From Thermodesulfobacteriota bacterium (GTDB lineage: Bacteria; Desulfobacterota; Desulfobacteria; Desulfobacterales; C00003060), in NCBI GenBank assembly GCA_034189385.1, contig JAXHVD010000001.1, positions 64,619 to 128,618 on the forward strand: a stretch of DNA of 64,000 nt. Direction: 5' to 3'. Shown in pieces: positions 61,401-64,000 of this stretch. Both the position numbers and the translations under genes were made by a program. The notes under the pieces were generated by a model. The model worked only from the letters and a program-made list of their open reading frames with translations, was not told where the DNA came from and searched no databases. Within the stretch, counting starts at the first letter, position 1. Every line of letters starts with the position of its first letter.

Positions 61401-61706
61401 GGCACTCCAGAGGCTTTGTCATTGGCTACTGTTGACGAAGTGACAGTAAGTCCATTTTACTCTTTCCGCGGGCATTTGCGCCTATCTCTTTTCGCCACGG
61501 TGGACTCAATGTCCTTGAAAAAGGTTTGTTGCAAAACCGTCAATAGTGAGGAACGGTGATGGGTTAGGCTTTAGGTTTTGCGTGTTACGTGTTAAAAGGA
61601 AAGAAGGTGACTGCGAACTTTTCTCGAGAGATGAAAGGCAGGGCCTACGGTATACGTCAACGCTTTGGACAGACAATGACTGGTCCATTGCGAGACGCTG
61701 ATCACC

Positions 61707-62663
61707 ATGAAAGATTCTATCAAAGAGGAATTGCTAAACAGATTTCTTGGGTCAACGTTGGGAACCTTCGTGGGGGACGCCCTGGGGGAACCGGTGGAAG
61801 GTTGGCCTCACGGGGCGATATACAGTCGGTTCGGCCTCTTGGACCGTATGCTTAGGGAAGAGGCCCGCTACACCGATGATACCCAGATGATGATAGGGAT
61901 CTTAGAAACCCTGGTGGAAAAGGGCAGATTCGATCCTGCTTTGTGCGCGTTGAAGTTTCAACAAAACTTTGATCCCATGCGCGGATACGGCCGACGCATC
62001 TTTGGGGTGATAGACCGAATCAGGCAGGGTCTGCCGTGGGACCAGGTGGGCACGGACAGTTATGGCAATGGGGGGGCCATGCGCATAGCCCCCATTGGCT
62101 GCTATTACCACGCTGATCTAAAGGCCATGAAAGAGCAGGCCATCCTAAGCGCCCGCATCACACACAACCACCCGGAAGGGCTAGCCGGGGCCGTGGCACA
62201 GGCCACAGCCGTGGGCTTGGCCCTTGAACAGGGCCTGTCAAATGACCCAATTGAACGGGATGTGTTCGTGGGTGAGATCGCTGCCCAGGTCGTGGATATA
62301 GACAAGGGGTTTGCAAAATCACTTGATGCTATCACATCCATTTCCAGGGGGTCCATGGTGGAGGTCATTGAGGCTATGGCAAATGAATATAGCTTAAGCC
62401 TGAGGGCCATTGAATCTGTACCTGCGGCCATTGGCGCTTTTGCTTTAACGGAGAGCTTTAGGGACGCAGTCGTCTTGGGGGTCAACCTGGGCGGAGATAC
62501 GGATACCATAGGTGCCATGGCAGGCGCCACTGCCGGGGCCTATTACGGGCACTCCAACATACCGCAAGCCTGGCTTGATCCCCTGGAAAACGGGGTCAAA
62601 GGGCGAGATTATGTAGTCAAGTGTGTTAAGGAGCTTGTTTATAAGACTGCTGTTGTCTCTTGA
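61707..62663 (+). CDS. ADP-ribosylglycohydrolase family protein (ARH/DraG-like)
   Basis: GDALGEPVEG, YTDDTQM, GNGGAMRIAPIG, GGDTDTIGAMAGATAGAYYG. Confidence 0.85.
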   Translation: MKDSIKEELLNRFLGSTLGTFVGDALGEPVEGWPHGAIYSRFGLLDRMLREEARYTDDTQMMIGILETLVEKGRFDPALCALKFQQNFDPMRGYGRRIFGVIDRIRQGLPWDQVGTDSYGNGGAMRIAPIGCYYHADLKAMKEQAILSARITHNHPEGLAGAVAQATAVGLALEQGLSNDPIERDVFVGEIAAQVVDIDKGFAKSLDAITSISRGSMVEVIEAMANEYSLSLRAIESVPAAIGAFALTESFRDAVVLGVNLGGDTDTIGAMAGATAGAYYGHSNIPQAWLDPLENGVKGRDYVVKCVKELVYKTAVVS

Positions 62664-62741
62664 TAGAAGATACGCCTTTGAGGGGGTCTTCACTGGCAGG
62701 TTCAACGCTCTTGATGAAAAGGTCCTGTGAGGTGATTTGTT

Positions 62742-63095
62742 ATGGGTAAGATTCTGGAGGAAGACCATCGGCCGTGGGGTTACTATCAAGTCTATGCCGA
62801 TGAGTCGGACCACAAGGTAAAGCGGATCGTTGTTTATCCCGGCAAACGGTTGAGCTTACAGCGACACCAGCGCCGGGCAGAGCACTGGTACGTTCTCAGT
62901 GGCAAAGCCGTTGTGACAAGAGATGACGAAGAACTCCACCTTGAGGCTGGCGAGGCGGTGGATATCCCCAGGGGGACAGTCCACCGTGTGAGGAATGCCG
63001 GCAAAAAGGATATGGCCTTTATTGAGGTACAGACGGGTGACTACTTTGGGGAGGATGACATTGAACGACTGGAGGACGATTTTGGCAGGGCCTAG
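62742..63095 (+). CDS. Cupin protein corresponding to the type II phosphomannose isomerase C-terminal domain
   Basis: HRPWGYYQVY...KVKRIVVYPGKRLSLQRHQRRAEHWYVLSGKAVV...GTVHRVRN. Confidence 0.75.
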   Translation: MGKILEEDHRPWGYYQVYADESDHKVKRIVVYPGKRLSLQRHQRRAEHWYVLSGKAVVTRDDEELHLEAGEAVDIPRGTVHRVRNAGKKDMAFIEVQTGDYFGEDDIERLEDDFGRA

Positions 63096-63191
63096 TTTCA
63101 CCTCATAGGTTCTTGTTTTTGAGTTTTAAGTGTTGAGTTCCTGGAGATCAGAAAAAATGGTTCTTTTTCAAAGGGTTGAGGAGAATCCACG

Positions 63192-64000
63192 GTGAGCGAA
63201 GAGAAATTGGATCTGGTCGTGGTCATCATGGCGGGAGGGGTGGGAACGCGGTTCTGGCCGTTGAGCACCAAAGAGATGCCCAAGCAGTTTCTCAACCTCT
63301 TTGATGACCGGACCTTGCTCCAGAAGAGCTATGATCGGATTTCGAGCCTGGTGCTTCCACAGCGGATACTCGTCCTAACCAATGCTGCTTTTGTCTCTAT
63401 TGTCAAAGAGCAGCTCCCTGAAATTCCGGAGGAGAATATCATAGGGGAGCCGGCGCGGCGGGATACGGCTGCTGCAGTGGGTCTTGCGGCGTTCCTATGC
63501 CGAAAACGTTATGGCAATCCGGTCATCGTCACGCTCACAGCAGATCACCTCATTGAGCCTGTTCATCTGTTTCGACAGACCTTGCTTTCAGCGGCCCGCA
63601 GGGCGTCTGAAGACAATGCCCTTTACACATTTGGCATTGTGCCCACTTATCCGGCCACAGGCTATGGGTATCTAGAACGGGGAGCGCAAATCGGTGATGA
63701 CGGCGGTATTCAACACTTCCAGCTCCTTCGATTCAAGGAAAAGCCGGATCCAGAAACAGCCAGGAAGTATGTGGAATCGGGCCAATTCTATTGGAACTCG
63801 GGCATGTTCGTGTGGACCGCTGATGGGATCATAGCGGAGATAGAGGAGCATCTCCCAGACCACGCCAATGCCCTTTCCACAGCCGTTTCCTTTGATCAGG
63901 AGCCCGGCTGGGATGATGCCCTGAAAAAAGCATTTGCTTCCATTCATCGGGTATCCATCGACTTTGCCATTATGGAGAAATCGAAAAAGGTATGTTGCGT
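63192..64000 (+). CDS. Mannose-1-phosphate guanylyltransferase, 3' end outside the window
   Basis: Absent from the ORF track because there is no stop in the window. GTG 63192 has a GAGGAG SD. My translation reads VSEEKLDLVVVIMAGGVGTRFWPLSTKEMPKQFL...EPARRDTAAAV...YPATGYGYLE...FKEKPD...FYWNSGMFVW. Confidence 0.85.
   Translation, partial: MSEEKLDLVVVIMAGGVGTRFWPLSTKEMPKQFLNLFDDRTLLQKSYDRISSLVLPQRILVLTNAAFVSIVKEQLPEIPEENIIGEPARRDTAAAVGLAAFLCRKRYGNPVIVTLTADHLIEPVHLFRQTLLSAARRASEDNALYTFGIVPTYPATGYGYLERGAQIGDDGGIQHFQLLRFKEKPDPETARKYVESGQFYWNSGMFVWTADGIIAEIEEHLPDHANALSTAVSFDQEPGWDDALKKAFASIHRVSIDFAIMEKSKKVCC

Overview
The window is a chromosomal segment of about 52-53% GC. Its gene content resembles a deltaproteobacterial (Desulfobacterota-type) anaerobe; that placement is inference only. 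All family names below come from reading the translations by eye. No database search was run.

Most of the window is housekeeping and core metabolism: pheT-ihfA-merR, miaA, fumC, gatB, queA-tgt, fabH, pgi, glgP, lnt, mtnA and an acetyl-CoA-synthetase-like gene. prfB carries its canonical +1 frameshift. No tRNA, rRNA, CRISPR array, transposase, integrase or phage genes were recognised.

Two edge-truncated genes are missing from the supplied ORF track because they have no stop codon inside the window:
- A hybrid sensor histidine kinase on the minus strand (1-2260) with an 8-cysteine N-terminus.
- A mannose-1-phosphate guanylyltransferase on the plus strand (63192 to the window end).

The less ordinary content is:
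1. An envelope cluster at 17.1-27.8 kb. It holds an OprP-like porin, MlaA, two tandem lipoprotein plus beta-barrel modules with near-identical promoter and RBS architecture, and a convergent FG-GAP propeller protein.
2. Two copies of a transposase-less inverted-repeat element whose arms are arrays of 9-10 bp CTAAAG-type units. One copy supplies the last codons and the stop of the acs-like gene. The other sits between the two permease genes of an ABC operon.
3. A LIV-type ABC operon (41.4-50.9 kb) with an embedded acyl-CoA ligase, a LEA_2-like lipoprotein and a PaaK-like ligase.
4. A receiver-domain gene translationally coupled to glgP, followed by an ATP-grasp gene and pgi.
5. A 30-bp perfect palindrome just upstream of prfB.

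I see no clearly new defence-type or mobile system. The envelope cluster and the repeat family are the best candidates for something undescribed.
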